A stretch of DNA of 57,523 nucleotides from Patescibacteria group bacterium (lineage in GTDB: Bacteria > Patescibacteriota > Gracilibacteria > JAHISY01): assembly GCA_043797545.1 (NCBI GenBank), contig JAZDPN010000073.1, positions 1 through 57,523 on the forward strand. Reading direction: 5' to 3'. The notes under the pieces were generated by a model. It did not search any database, was not told where the DNA came from, and saw nothing but the letters and a program-made list of their open reading frames with translations. Numbering within the stretch: the first letter of the stretch is position 1; each line of letters starts with the position of its first letter. Shown one piece after another: positions 24,166 through 32,618 of the stretch. The position numbers and the translations under genes are program-made.

Positions 24166-25095
24166 TCATTTTACAAAAGTGAGCCACTTTTTGTATTTCG
24201 GAATTTCTCCGGCCGCCGCCGCGAGAAAAGCCTGTCTCAGCTTTTGCGTAAATTGGCCGCTCTGGCTTCTGCCAATTTTCTTATTGTCTAGCGAGCCGAT
24301 CGGCTGCACCTCGGCAGCCGTACCGGTGAAGAAAACTTCTTCGGCCGAGTAAAAATCCTTGAGCCGGTAATTACCCTCCTTGGTCTTGAGTCCGAATTCT
24401 TTGGCGGCCAGCTCGACGACTGAGAGACGCGTGATGCCAGCAAGAATCGAACCGAGTTTCGGAGTATGCAAAACACCTTTCTTGAGGAAGAAAATATTTT
24501 CACCCGGACCTTCAGCCACAAAACCGCGATGGTCGAGAAAAAGCGCCTCATCGTATTTCGCTTTTTTGATCTCGAGCGAAGCAAGGATGGAATTAATATA
24601 GTGGCCGCAAACTTTGGCATCGCCCACGACTGAGTCGGGATGCAGGCGGATGAATTTGGAAGTCTTGACGCGAATCGGCTTGCCGCCGAGATAAGAGTCC
24701 CAGGGCCAGCAGGCAATCGCGAGCGAAACTGGCGCACCGACTGGATTGAGCCCCATCTTGCCGTAGTCGAAAAATGCAATCGGCCGAATATATCCCGCTG
24801 GAATTTTATTCGCGGCGACGGTTTGGCAAATCGCTTTGGCAACCGCACTTTGGGAGTAAGGGATTTTCATCTCGAGCGCGCGAGCTGAATAAAAAAGACG
24901 TGCGACATGTTCCTTGAGGCGAAAAACTGCCGGACCGTTTTTGGTTTTGTAAAAACGGATGCCCTCAAAAACGCCCGAGCCGTAATGCAAGGCGTGTGAA
25001 AGAACGTGAACATTCGCATTCTGCCAAGCAGTCAAATGGCCATTGAGCCAAATCTTTTTGGTGATTTGGAAAGAAGCTTTGGGAAGTTTGGACAT
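24166..25095 (-). CDS. ilvE: Branched-chain amino acid aminotransferase (class IV)
   Basis: Family signatures: WLNGHL...A.V.VLSHALHYGSGVFEGIR, EGPGENIFF and TPKLGSILAGITR. Confidence 0.85.
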   Translation of the reverse strand: MSKLPKASFQITKKIWLNGHLTAWQNANVHVLSHALHYGSGVFEGIRFYKTKNGPAVFRLKEHVARLFYSARALEMKIPYSQSAVAKAICQTVAANKIPAGYIRPIAFFDYGKMGLNPVGAPVSLAIACWPWDSYLGGKPIRVKTSKFIRLHPDSVVGDAKVCGHYINSILASLEIKKAKYDEALFLDHRGFVAEGPGENIFFLKKGVLHTPKLGSILAGITRLSVVELAAKEFGLKTKEGNYRLKDFYSAEEVFFTGTAAEVQPIGSLDNKKIGRSQSGQFTQKLRQAFLAAAAGEIPKYKKWLTFVK

Positions 25096-25120
25096 GCTCG
25101 GATTTTAACTTTTGGGAGAG

Positions 25121-26986
25121 TTAATTTCCAATTCTCTGATTCTTCCAGTAAAGAATGTTGTAGCCTTTTTCGAACGCCGCAATCGCGGCCGTCAGAATGT
25201 CTGGCGAGTTGGCGCGCGAGACGACCGAATTTTGTTCGGCGTCTTCCAGCTTCATGCGGACTTCGGTCGTCGCATCAGTTCCATTCGCATCGACGAAAAC
25301 CGCAAAATCCGTCAGTCGCGGTTCGAAGCTTTTGCCGGTCAGAGTTTTGCGGATCGCAGAAATAATAGCATCGACTGGCCCGACGCCTTGGCTCTCGGCC
25401 TGGAATTTTTGGCCGAGGAACTCAACCACGACTTTGGCGCGCGGCGGCTTTTTTTTGCGGACTGCCAGCTCATAATCCAAAACGCGCAGTGCGCGCCGGT
25501 CGGAGGTCAGGTCGGCCAACGCCTCTTCAATCAAGCTTTGGAGGTCGGACTTGGCGACCGCCTTGCCTTTGGCGAGAAAAGTTTCGATCGCGAAACGAAC
25601 TTCTTTTAGGTGCGAGCTTTTGAGATCAGCAGCAAATTCTTTTTTGAGGGTTTTTTGCAGCTCGGACAAAGTCGGCGTTTTTTGAAAAAGAATTTTGTGG
25701 CGCTCGGCAAAACCAGCGGAGCGAATGGCGTAGAGTTTGTATTTCAGGAAGCGGTCGATTTCGGCGATTTTCGGCTCGACCGCAGGCGGGATAGGGTGTG
25801 CGTCCAAAGCCGAGCGAGGATCTTTGAGGCCGTTACCAGTCGCGACCAAGACGACCGAATCAGACTTTTTGAGAATCTTTTTTTGTCTCAGTTGGCGCAG
25901 CGCAGCTAGAGGCAGCGCGCCGCTCGGTTCGGTGAAAATTGCTTCGCGTGCGCCTAGGTTTTTCTGTGCCTCGGCCAGCTCAGAATCACTAACCGCAATC
26001 GCCGTCCCGCCCGAATCGCGGATTGCAGCCAAGGCTTTGACGTCATCCAATGGTCTGCCGATCCCAACCGCCGAGCAAATCGTGTCCGGGTGAGCAACGA
26101 ACGGAGCTTTTTTTAATTTCTGCTGAAAAGCAGCCACCACTGTAGAGCAGCCGCTCGGCTGAACCGCAATCATTTTGGGTAATTTTTTGGTAAAGCCGAG
26201 CTGTTTAAATTCGAGGAAGCCTTTCCAAATCGCGGCCAGATTCGTCCCGCAGCCAACCGGCACAATCACAAAATCGGGGATGCGCCAATCCAGCTGCTCA
26301 ATGACTTCAAAGGCGATTGTCTTTTGTCCCTCGCTCCGGAAAACATAATCGCCCGCAAGATAGAAGTGATACTTTGCGGCCATCTTTGCGGCCAAGTCGC
26401 AGCAGTCAGCATAGGTTCCGCGAATCGAGAGAACGCGCGCGCCGTAACTCATCGCCTGCGCGAGTTTGCCGAGTGGCGTGTTCTCTGGAATGAGAACGTA
26501 GCAGGGTAGGCCGGCCAGCGCAGAGTACGCCGCGACCGATGCGGCCATATTGCCAGTCGAAGCAACTACAATCGCTTTGGCTTTTAGCTCGAGAGCTTTG
26601 GAGATTTCGACCAGCGAACCGCGATCTTTGAAAACGCCTGTTGGATTCAGGCCTTCGTTTTTGACGAATAAATTCGGTTGACCGAGTTCTTGCGCGATTT
26701 TATAAATTTTGACCAAAGGTGTTCCGCCCTCTGCCAAAGAAATGATTTTGGCGGTCGAAGCTAGCGGAAAAAACGCAAGGTATTTCTTGGCTGAAAGCGG
26801 AGTGTTTTTTTTGAATTCGCGGGCGACCTGTTTTTTCAGTGCGGAAAAATCGAACTCGAGATCAAGCGCTTCGCCGCAGCTTGGGCAAGCCGAGACCGAA
26901 TCTTGCTCGTCCACGACTTGACGACAAGCAACGCAGCGCAATTTATAATTCGCGTTTTTCAAATTCCAAAAAGATAACGCCACCAT
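25121..26986 (-). CDS. thrC: Threonine synthase fused to a C-terminal LeuA/CimA-type regulatory (LeuA_dimer) domain
   Basis: N-terminal zinc ribbon CVAC...CPSCG and PLP lysine motif NPTGVFKDRGS. The C-terminal 120 aa (VLDYELAV...GVGPVDAIISAIRK...LTDFAV...ILYWK) align with the C-terminus of the cimA gene in this same window (VLDYFVLN...GNGPVNALDLATRR...LKDYKV...YAIWK). Confidence 0.8.
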   Translation of the reverse strand: MVALSFWNLKNANYKLRCVACRQVVDEQDSVSACPSCGEALDLEFDFSALKKQVAREFKKNTPLSAKKYLAFFPLASTAKIISLAEGGTPLVKIYKIAQELGQPNLFVKNEGLNPTGVFKDRGSLVEISKALELKAKAIVVASTGNMAASVAAYSALAGLPCYVLIPENTPLGKLAQAMSYGARVLSIRGTYADCCDLAAKMAAKYHFYLAGDYVFRSEGQKTIAFEVIEQLDWRIPDFVIVPVGCGTNLAAIWKGFLEFKQLGFTKKLPKMIAVQPSGCSTVVAAFQQKLKKAPFVAHPDTICSAVGIGRPLDDVKALAAIRDSGGTAIAVSDSELAEAQKNLGAREAIFTEPSGALPLAALRQLRQKKILKKSDSVVLVATGNGLKDPRSALDAHPIPPAVEPKIAEIDRFLKYKLYAIRSAGFAERHKILFQKTPTLSELQKTLKKEFAADLKSSHLKEVRFAIETFLAKGKAVAKSDLQSLIEEALADLTSDRRALRVLDYELAVRKKKPPRAKVVVEFLGQKFQAESQGVGPVDAIISAIRKTLTGKSFEPRLTDFAVFVDANGTDATTEVRMKLEDAEQNSVVSRANSPDILTAAIAAFEKGYNILYWKNQRIGN

Positions 26987-27390
26987 TTTTGGGGCGGGGT
27001 GAGTAGCTCCAGACTTTTTTCCGCCTCAGGATTAAACGTTGGCAAAAAATCCTGAACTGATTGTGAATCATTAGTAATGACGATCACTTCTTCGCCCGGC
27101 TCCTTTTGACCTAATAATTCTTTCGCGACCTTCTCGCGATAACGCGGTGACTGAGCGTAAGCCAGCTCGCTTGGTTTTTGGGCCAGCTCGGCCTTTTGTT
27201 CTTCGATCGAGGTTGAGGAAGTCTTGATATAAGTCCCGACTTGAAAAAGATCGCGATAGGTCGAGCGCGCTAGAGCAAAAAGCATGAAAATGATTACCGA
27301 GAAGCTCGCACCCAGGACGATTTTGAAATAAAGCGGCTGATTTTTATTCGAATTGTTCAAATTGTTGAAATTGTTAGAAACCCGAATCAC
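26959..27390 (-). CDS. FtsB/DivIC-like septum formation initiator
   Basis: One TM, a coiled coil, and the C-terminal pattern YREKVAKELLGQKEPGEEVIVI typical of the family. GTG start. Confidence 0.55.
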   Translation of the reverse strand: MIRVSNNFNNLNNSNKNQPLYFKIVLGASFSVIIFMLFALARSTYRDLFQVGTYIKTSSTSIEEQKAELAQKPSELAYAQSPRYREKVAKELLGQKEPGEEVIVITNDSQSVQDFLPTFNPEAEKSLELLTPPQKWWRYLFGI

Positions 27391-27559
27391 TAAATCATTT
27401 TAGTGGCTTATGGGCAAAGTTTCGAAGTCCCAATTTACAAAATAATTTTCAAACCTCAAGCTTTTCTGTGTAGTTTTTGTTGCTGAGAACATGAAAATTG
27501 TAATTTATTTGAAAATTTGGGGCCTTGTAATTTTTTTAGGATAACTCGGATGCTTCGGA

Positions 27560-28660
27560 CTAAATCTTTAACGGCATGATTAAGTGCAAATAGTCTTTAA
27601 TCTTGGCTGGGCGAATCACCGCGGGCACCATTTTTTCACCAAGCTCAAGCTCGAGATCACTTGTCCCAAGTGCGGAAAGCGCTTCTAGCAAGTAGTTGGC
27701 ATTGAGCGCGACTATGTTGGGCGCGCCCGCAATCGTCGCGGCAACCTCGGCCTCTTCTTCACCGATCTGGGTCGCATCCGAGAGAATGCGTAATTTCTTG
27801 TCCGCTGAGACTTCAATCTTGACTGAGTGCGAATCACGGGTGAAGAGGTTGACTCTTTTTACTGCGGTCGCAATTTCTTCTGTCTTGACTGAGATCGTGG
27901 TCGTATGTTTTTTCGGAACAATCTGCTCGTAATCAGGATAGCTACCTTCAATCAACCTCGAAGCCAGCTCGACATTTTTGTAAAGGAATAAAACCTGGTT
28001 CGCGGAGATATCGAGCGAGATTGTTTCTTTGCCTTTTTCGAGAATACGCGCCAGCTCCTGAACGGTCCGGGTCGGAATGATAATCGAAACATCTTTCTCT
28101 GGCGGAGTCAGTGGTTTAAGAATTTTTTCCGAAAGACGGTAGGAATCAGTCGCGGCCAGTCGAACCTCTTTTTTGGTCGCGCGGAGATGAACTCCGGCCA
28201 GAACCGGCCGAACCATGTCGCGCGCGGCAGCAAAGGCGACTTGATTAATCGCGTCGAGCAAATCGCCTGCAGCCAAGGTCAGGGAAACTTCTTTTTTGAC
28301 CTGAGGAATCAAGGGGAATTCGTCCGCGGAAATACCTTTGATCCTAGTCTTAGACTTGGCCGATGAAATCTGCAGGTCGAGACCTTCTGAGTTTTTTAGC
28401 TCAACCTTGCCTGAGCTGAGCAGACCGACGTAATTCGTAAAAAGTCGGGCCGGGATCGTGAGTGCGCCTTCGTTTTTGATTTCAGATTTAATCGAAGTCG
28501 TGATCGCGATTTCCAGATTCGTCGCTGCGAAAGTCAGCTTCTTGTTCTCGGCTTTGAGGAGAATGTTGTTGAGAACCGGCAGGGTCGAATTCAAATTAAC
28601 CGCCTTGGAAACGGTCGTGAGCGCGGCGAGAAGATCTTTCTGTTCACAGGAGAGCAGCAT
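27560..28660 (-). CDS. dnaN: DNA polymerase III beta sliding clamp
   Basis: 366 aa. The N-terminal L..AL..V.KAV......PVLNNILL pattern and the three-domain length fit the family. Confidence 0.85.
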   Translation of the reverse strand: MLLSCEQKDLLAALTTVSKAVNLNSTLPVLNNILLKAENKKLTFAATNLEIAITTSIKSEIKNEGALTIPARLFTNYVGLLSSGKVELKNSEGLDLQISSAKSKTRIKGISADEFPLIPQVKKEVSLTLAAGDLLDAINQVAFAAARDMVRPVLAGVHLRATKKEVRLAATDSYRLSEKILKPLTPPEKDVSIIIPTRTVQELARILEKGKETISLDISANQVLFLYKNVELASRLIEGSYPDYEQIVPKKHTTTISVKTEEIATAVKRVNLFTRDSHSVKIEVSADKKLRILSDATQIGEEEAEVAATIAGAPNIVALNANYLLEALSALGTSDLELELGEKMVPAVIRPAKIKDYLHLIMPLKI

Positions 28661-28732
28661 TTGAGCAGTTTTTTAATTCAGCTGGATTTTAAAGGTTTTG
28701 CGGTAGAGCGACAACTCGCCTAAAATCCTGAC

Positions 28733-29116
28733 ATGACTAAAAAATTGTTCGCTTTTTTGTTCGCTTTGGGAATTTTGGCTGGCTGTCAATCGGTCGACTC
28801 TACGATCGAAAACGCCCAGGATTTGCAAGCAAGCGTGGTCTCCAAGGTTGCCGAAGTCAAGGCCGGAGTCAAGAACGTGGTCGCCAAAACTCAGGATGCC
28901 TATGCGACTCTAGTCGAGAAGAAAAAACAGCTTGAGGAAACCATCGCCCAAATCAATGCGGCGATCGAAGCGACGAATAAATTGCTCGGGCGAGAAGATT
29001 CTGAAGTGAAAAATGCCGAGCTGACGAAAACTGTAAACGAACTGCAAGCTTCGCTGGCTGAAGCGCAGCAGGCTCTGGCTGAAGCCAACAAAACTGAAAC
29101 CGAGCCAGCTCAATAA
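28733..29116 (+). CDS. Lipoprotein with a coiled-coil body
   Basis: Lipobox LAGC after a signal peptide. Confidence 0.6.
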   Translation: MTKKLFAFLFALGILAGCQSVDSTIENAQDLQASVVSKVAEVKAGVKNVVAKTQDAYATLVEKKKQLEETIAQINAAIEATNKLLGREDSEVKNAELTKTVNELQASLAEAQQALAEANKTETEPAQ

Positions 29117-29138
29117 AACAACTTAATTAAATTTTTTT

Positions 29139-30020
29139 ATGGCTGAACTGAGAGGTAGCTTTGTCGCCCTCGTCACCCCGTTTGAAAAAAACTCGCTCGA
29201 GCTTGATGAGGCGAAATTGCGCGAGCTGGTAGATTGGCAAATCGCAGCTGGGACAGACGGGATCGTCGCGGTCGGGACGACTGGTGAGTCGGCAACTTTG
29301 AGTAAAACCGAACACCGCCGCGTTCTCGAAATTGTGATCGACGAGGTCAAGGGCCGTGTTCCGGTCATCGCCGGAACAGGCTCAAACGCGACTCGCGAGG
29401 CAGTCAGCTTGACTGAGTTTGCCAAAGACAAAGGTGCTGATTTCGGTTTGGCAATTTCACCTTATTACAATAAGCCGACCCAGGACGGTATTATCGCCCA
29501 CTATTCCAAAATCGCGGAAATCGGACTACCGACCGTTCTTTATAATGTTCCGGGGCGAACGAGTCGGAATGTCGAGGCCGCTACAACTCTTGAATTAGCC
29601 AAGAATCCGAACCTGGTTGGAATCAAAGAGGCGAGCGGCGACCTCAAGCAAATTAAGGAAATTTGTGAAAAGAAGCCGCACGATTTCGCCGTCATTTCGG
29701 GCGAAGACAGCCAGACTTTGGAAATCATGAAAATAGGTGGTGTCGGGCTGATCGGCGTAATCGTGAATGAAATCCCGGCCGAGATGAAAAAGATGGTCGA
29801 CCTAGCCTTGGCGGGAGATTTCGCGGAGGCTGAGAAAATCAACCAGAAGTTCGCTGGTTTGATGGCTCTGAATTTCGCTGACAACAATCCGATTGACGTG
29901 AAATGGGCGCTCGCCGAGATGGGTAAAATCGACTATGCTGTGCGTTTGCCTCTGACCCAACCAAGCGAAGCAAACAAGGCGAAAATCAAGGCTGAACTGC
30001 AAAAACTCGGTTTGGCTTAG
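29139..30020 (+). CDS. dapA: 4-hydroxy-tetrahydrodipicolinate synthase
   Basis: Motifs GSFVALVTPF, GTTGESATLS, YNKPTQ and YNVPGRT, with the Lys in GIKEASG. Confidence 0.9.
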   Translation: MAELRGSFVALVTPFEKNSLELDEAKLRELVDWQIAAGTDGIVAVGTTGESATLSKTEHRRVLEIVIDEVKGRVPVIAGTGSNATREAVSLTEFAKDKGADFGLAISPYYNKPTQDGIIAHYSKIAEIGLPTVLYNVPGRTSRNVEAATTLELAKNPNLVGIKEASGDLKQIKEICEKKPHDFAVISGEDSQTLEIMKIGGVGLIGVIVNEIPAEMKKMVDLALAGDFAEAEKINQKFAGLMALNFADNNPIDVKWALAEMGKIDYAVRLPLTQPSEANKAKIKAELQKLGLA

Positions 30021-30063
30021 GCCTGAGGAAAGAATAAACTGCCCCCGCTTTTAATTTTTTGAA

Positions 30064-31746
30064 ATGCAATTTTGGCGCAAAACTTTGGTCGGCTTGGTAA
30101 TTTTCGTTTTGGTTAGTAACCCGACTCTGGCCTGGTTTGATGACGTGAAAGGCGAGCTTTCGCCCGAAGTAATCGAATTTTTACAAAGCAAGGGTGTCGG
30201 CGAAACTGCACAGAATTTTTATCCCAAGCGGCCGATTACCTTGGCCGAATTTATCTCAATGGGTTTTGCCGTCGCCGGCGTAAAAGATCTGCCAGCTAAT
30301 GCCGCGACTCGTTTCAAAGATGTTCCCGGATCGGCTTGGTTCGCGCCAGCAATCGCAGAAGCCGAGGCCCGCGGCTTACTTTCTGATTTTCGCGGAGATA
30401 ACCTTTTGCCCAATCGTCCTCTCAATCGGGGCGAAGCAGCCGCCCTGGGTCTAAAAATCTTCGGTGTTGCTATCCCGCCAAGTCTGTCCGATGAAGAGTT
30501 TGGTTTCCGCGATGTGAATAAAAGCCATCGGCTAGCGCGCTTTGTTTTTCGCGCTGTCAAAATGGGCGTCATTGATCCGATTGCTGAGGATGAGTTCGGA
30601 ATGGTCCAGCGTTTCAGCCGAGCCGATGCCGCTAACCTTTTTTACAACCTCGCGAATTTCACAGAAGAGAACGGTGGGACGATTGTGATTCAAAACGGAC
30701 TCTCGAACATTCCCGGCTGGCCGCTTTTCGAGACAGTCTGGGATGAAACCACTAGTAAGTTTCTTTTTCAAGAAAAACTCGATCAAACCAAGATGCTGCA
30801 TGCTGCGATTCAGGGAATGGTTGAGTCGCTGGGCGATCCTTATTCTGAGTTTTACACGCCGGAACAAACCCAGCTACAGACTGGCGATCTCTCGGGTGAA
30901 ATCGAGGGGATCGGCGTATATGTTGAAAAGGACGAAAAGGATCGCGGCCTGGTCGTCGTCGCGCCGCTCTACAACTCGCCAGCGGAAAAAGCTGGTCTTT
31001 TGCCGGGCGATATTATTACGGCTGTAGATGGTCAACCTTTGGCTGGCTTACCTTTGGCTGAGGCAACCAACCTGACTCGCGGTCCGGCTGGGACGACTGG
31101 GCGATACAAAATCTTACGCGGCGAGAACGAATTCGAGGTGGAGATCCGCCGGGAAAAGATCAAGCTTGATCTAACTTCGCTTGAGTTCCGTAATCAAATC
31201 GCAATCATCGACGTCAATCAATTCACGGCTTCCCTGCCAAGCGATTTCGCGAAGATTGCCGCCCAGATCAAGGAACAGCATCCGCGAGGGATTATTCTCG
31301 ACCTGAGAAATGATGGTGGCGGCTTGGTCAATGCGGCAGTCGACCTCTTGGGTTACTTCTTACCCAAGGGAACTGTGGTCGCGACTCAGGAGTTTCGGGA
31401 TGGTAGCAGCCTGGATTACAAAACTTCGCGCGAGCCAAGCCTGAATGGCATCCGGACTTTAGTTTTGGTTAATAAAGGAAGCGCCTCCGCTAGTGAAATC
31501 GTCACTGCCGCACTCCAAGACACTGGCGCAGCGAGCGTCGTCGGCGAACAGACTTTTGGCAAAGGGGTTGTTCAAGAGATCAGCTTCTTCCAAGACGGGA
31601 CGGCTTTGAAGTTGACTGTGGCGCGCTGGCTTTCACCGAAAAAACAAGCGATTCAAGACAATGGCGTGAAACCGGATTTCGCGGCAATCGACGATCCGGC
31701 CACTCCGGTCGACGAAGCGCTGAATAAAGCACTGGAAATGTTTTGA
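30064..31746 (+). CDS. ctpA: S41 C-terminal processing peptidase with N-terminal SLH-type repeats
   Basis: PDZ segment SPAEKAGLLPGDIITAVDG and catalytic region LDLRNDGGG / GSASASEI. Confidence 0.8.
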   Translation: MQFWRKTLVGLVIFVLVSNPTLAWFDDVKGELSPEVIEFLQSKGVGETAQNFYPKRPITLAEFISMGFAVAGVKDLPANAATRFKDVPGSAWFAPAIAEAEARGLLSDFRGDNLLPNRPLNRGEAAALGLKIFGVAIPPSLSDEEFGFRDVNKSHRLARFVFRAVKMGVIDPIAEDEFGMVQRFSRADAANLFYNLANFTEENGGTIVIQNGLSNIPGWPLFETVWDETTSKFLFQEKLDQTKMLHAAIQGMVESLGDPYSEFYTPEQTQLQTGDLSGEIEGIGVYVEKDEKDRGLVVVAPLYNSPAEKAGLLPGDIITAVDGQPLAGLPLAEATNLTRGPAGTTGRYKILRGENEFEVEIRREKIKLDLTSLEFRNQIAIIDVNQFTASLPSDFAKIAAQIKEQHPRGIILDLRNDGGGLVNAAVDLLGYFLPKGTVVATQEFRDGSSLDYKTSREPSLNGIRTLVLVNKGSASASEIVTAALQDTGAASVVGEQTFGKGVVQEISFFQDGTALKLTVARWLSPKKQAIQDNGVKPDFAAIDDPATPVDEALNKALEMF

Positions 31747-31825
31747 TCTCTTGTTGATCAAGAAAAACCATGTTTGCCTTTTTTATTCTAAAATGTTAAA
31801 ATAATAAGCGCAAACCCAAACACAA

Positions 31826-32608
31826 ATGCCTGCTTACCGCGTTGCCGAACTCAACAAGCTTTACAATTCGACAAAGCTTACGATTGATCTGAAAAAGGCT
31901 CGCGCAGCCGAGGAGGCGCTAGAGCAAACGCGCCAAAATTATGAGCGGCTTTTGCGCGAAACTTTTTTGGCTTCTTATCTTGATAATTATCGGGTCACGA
32001 TTTTCGGCAGCTCACGGATCGAGCCAGGATCCGAAACTTTTAATTTCGTCCGAAACTTAGCCCAAAAACTAGGAACCGAAATGGACTTGGACGTCGTGAC
32101 TGGTGGCGGGGGCGGCTTAATGTTGGCAGCCAATCTGGGGCTGAAGAATGCTCGTGCAAAGAAAAAGAACTCACGCGCCAAAAACTTCGGCATCATGGTC
32201 GATCTCGAACACGAGGAAGGGCGGAATGATTGCTTGGATGTGACTCGACGTTTTGAAAATTTCAGTACTCGTCTCGAAAGCTTCATCCGGTCCTCGAATG
32301 CGATTTACCTAGCACCAGGCGGTTTGGGTACCGATCTCGAAGCGGCCATGTTTATGCAATTGAAACAGCTCAAGCGACTTGAGCCGACGTTCCCAATTTT
32401 GGCACACCCTTTCTGGAAACCGATTTTCAATTACGAAAACGGCATCATGTATCACAAACAGCTCAAAATGGGTCGGACGACTTTGATTAGTAAAGACGAT
32501 TTAATCCTGGTTCATTTCACCGACAACCTGAAAGAGATTGGCCACATCCTGAAAGCCAGCTACGACGGCTGGCTGGCTGAACGCGCCAAAGTTAAATTTA
32601 TCAATTAA
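31826..32608 (+). CDS. LOG/TIGR00730 family (cytokinin riboside 5'-monophosphate phosphoribohydrolase-like)
   Basis: Motifs IFGSSR, VVTGGGGGLMLAAN and PGGLGTDLE. Confidence 0.75.
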   Translation: MPAYRVAELNKLYNSTKLTIDLKKARAAEEALEQTRQNYERLLRETFLASYLDNYRVTIFGSSRIEPGSETFNFVRNLAQKLGTEMDLDVVTGGGGGLMLAANLGLKNARAKKKNSRAKNFGIMVDLEHEEGRNDCLDVTRRFENFSTRLESFIRSSNAIYLAPGGLGTDLEAAMFMQLKQLKRLEPTFPILAHPFWKPIFNYENGIMYHKQLKMGRTTLISKDDLILVHFTDNLKEIGHILKASYDGWLAERAKVKFIN

Positions 32609-32618
32609 CTCTTCCGTA

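Noticed and set aside
27391-28732. The presence of dnaN suggested a nearby replication origin.
   Set aside because: No dnaA gene and no cluster of DnaA boxes flank dnaN. The only perfect TTATCCACA I saw is a single box at 47028, far from dnaN.
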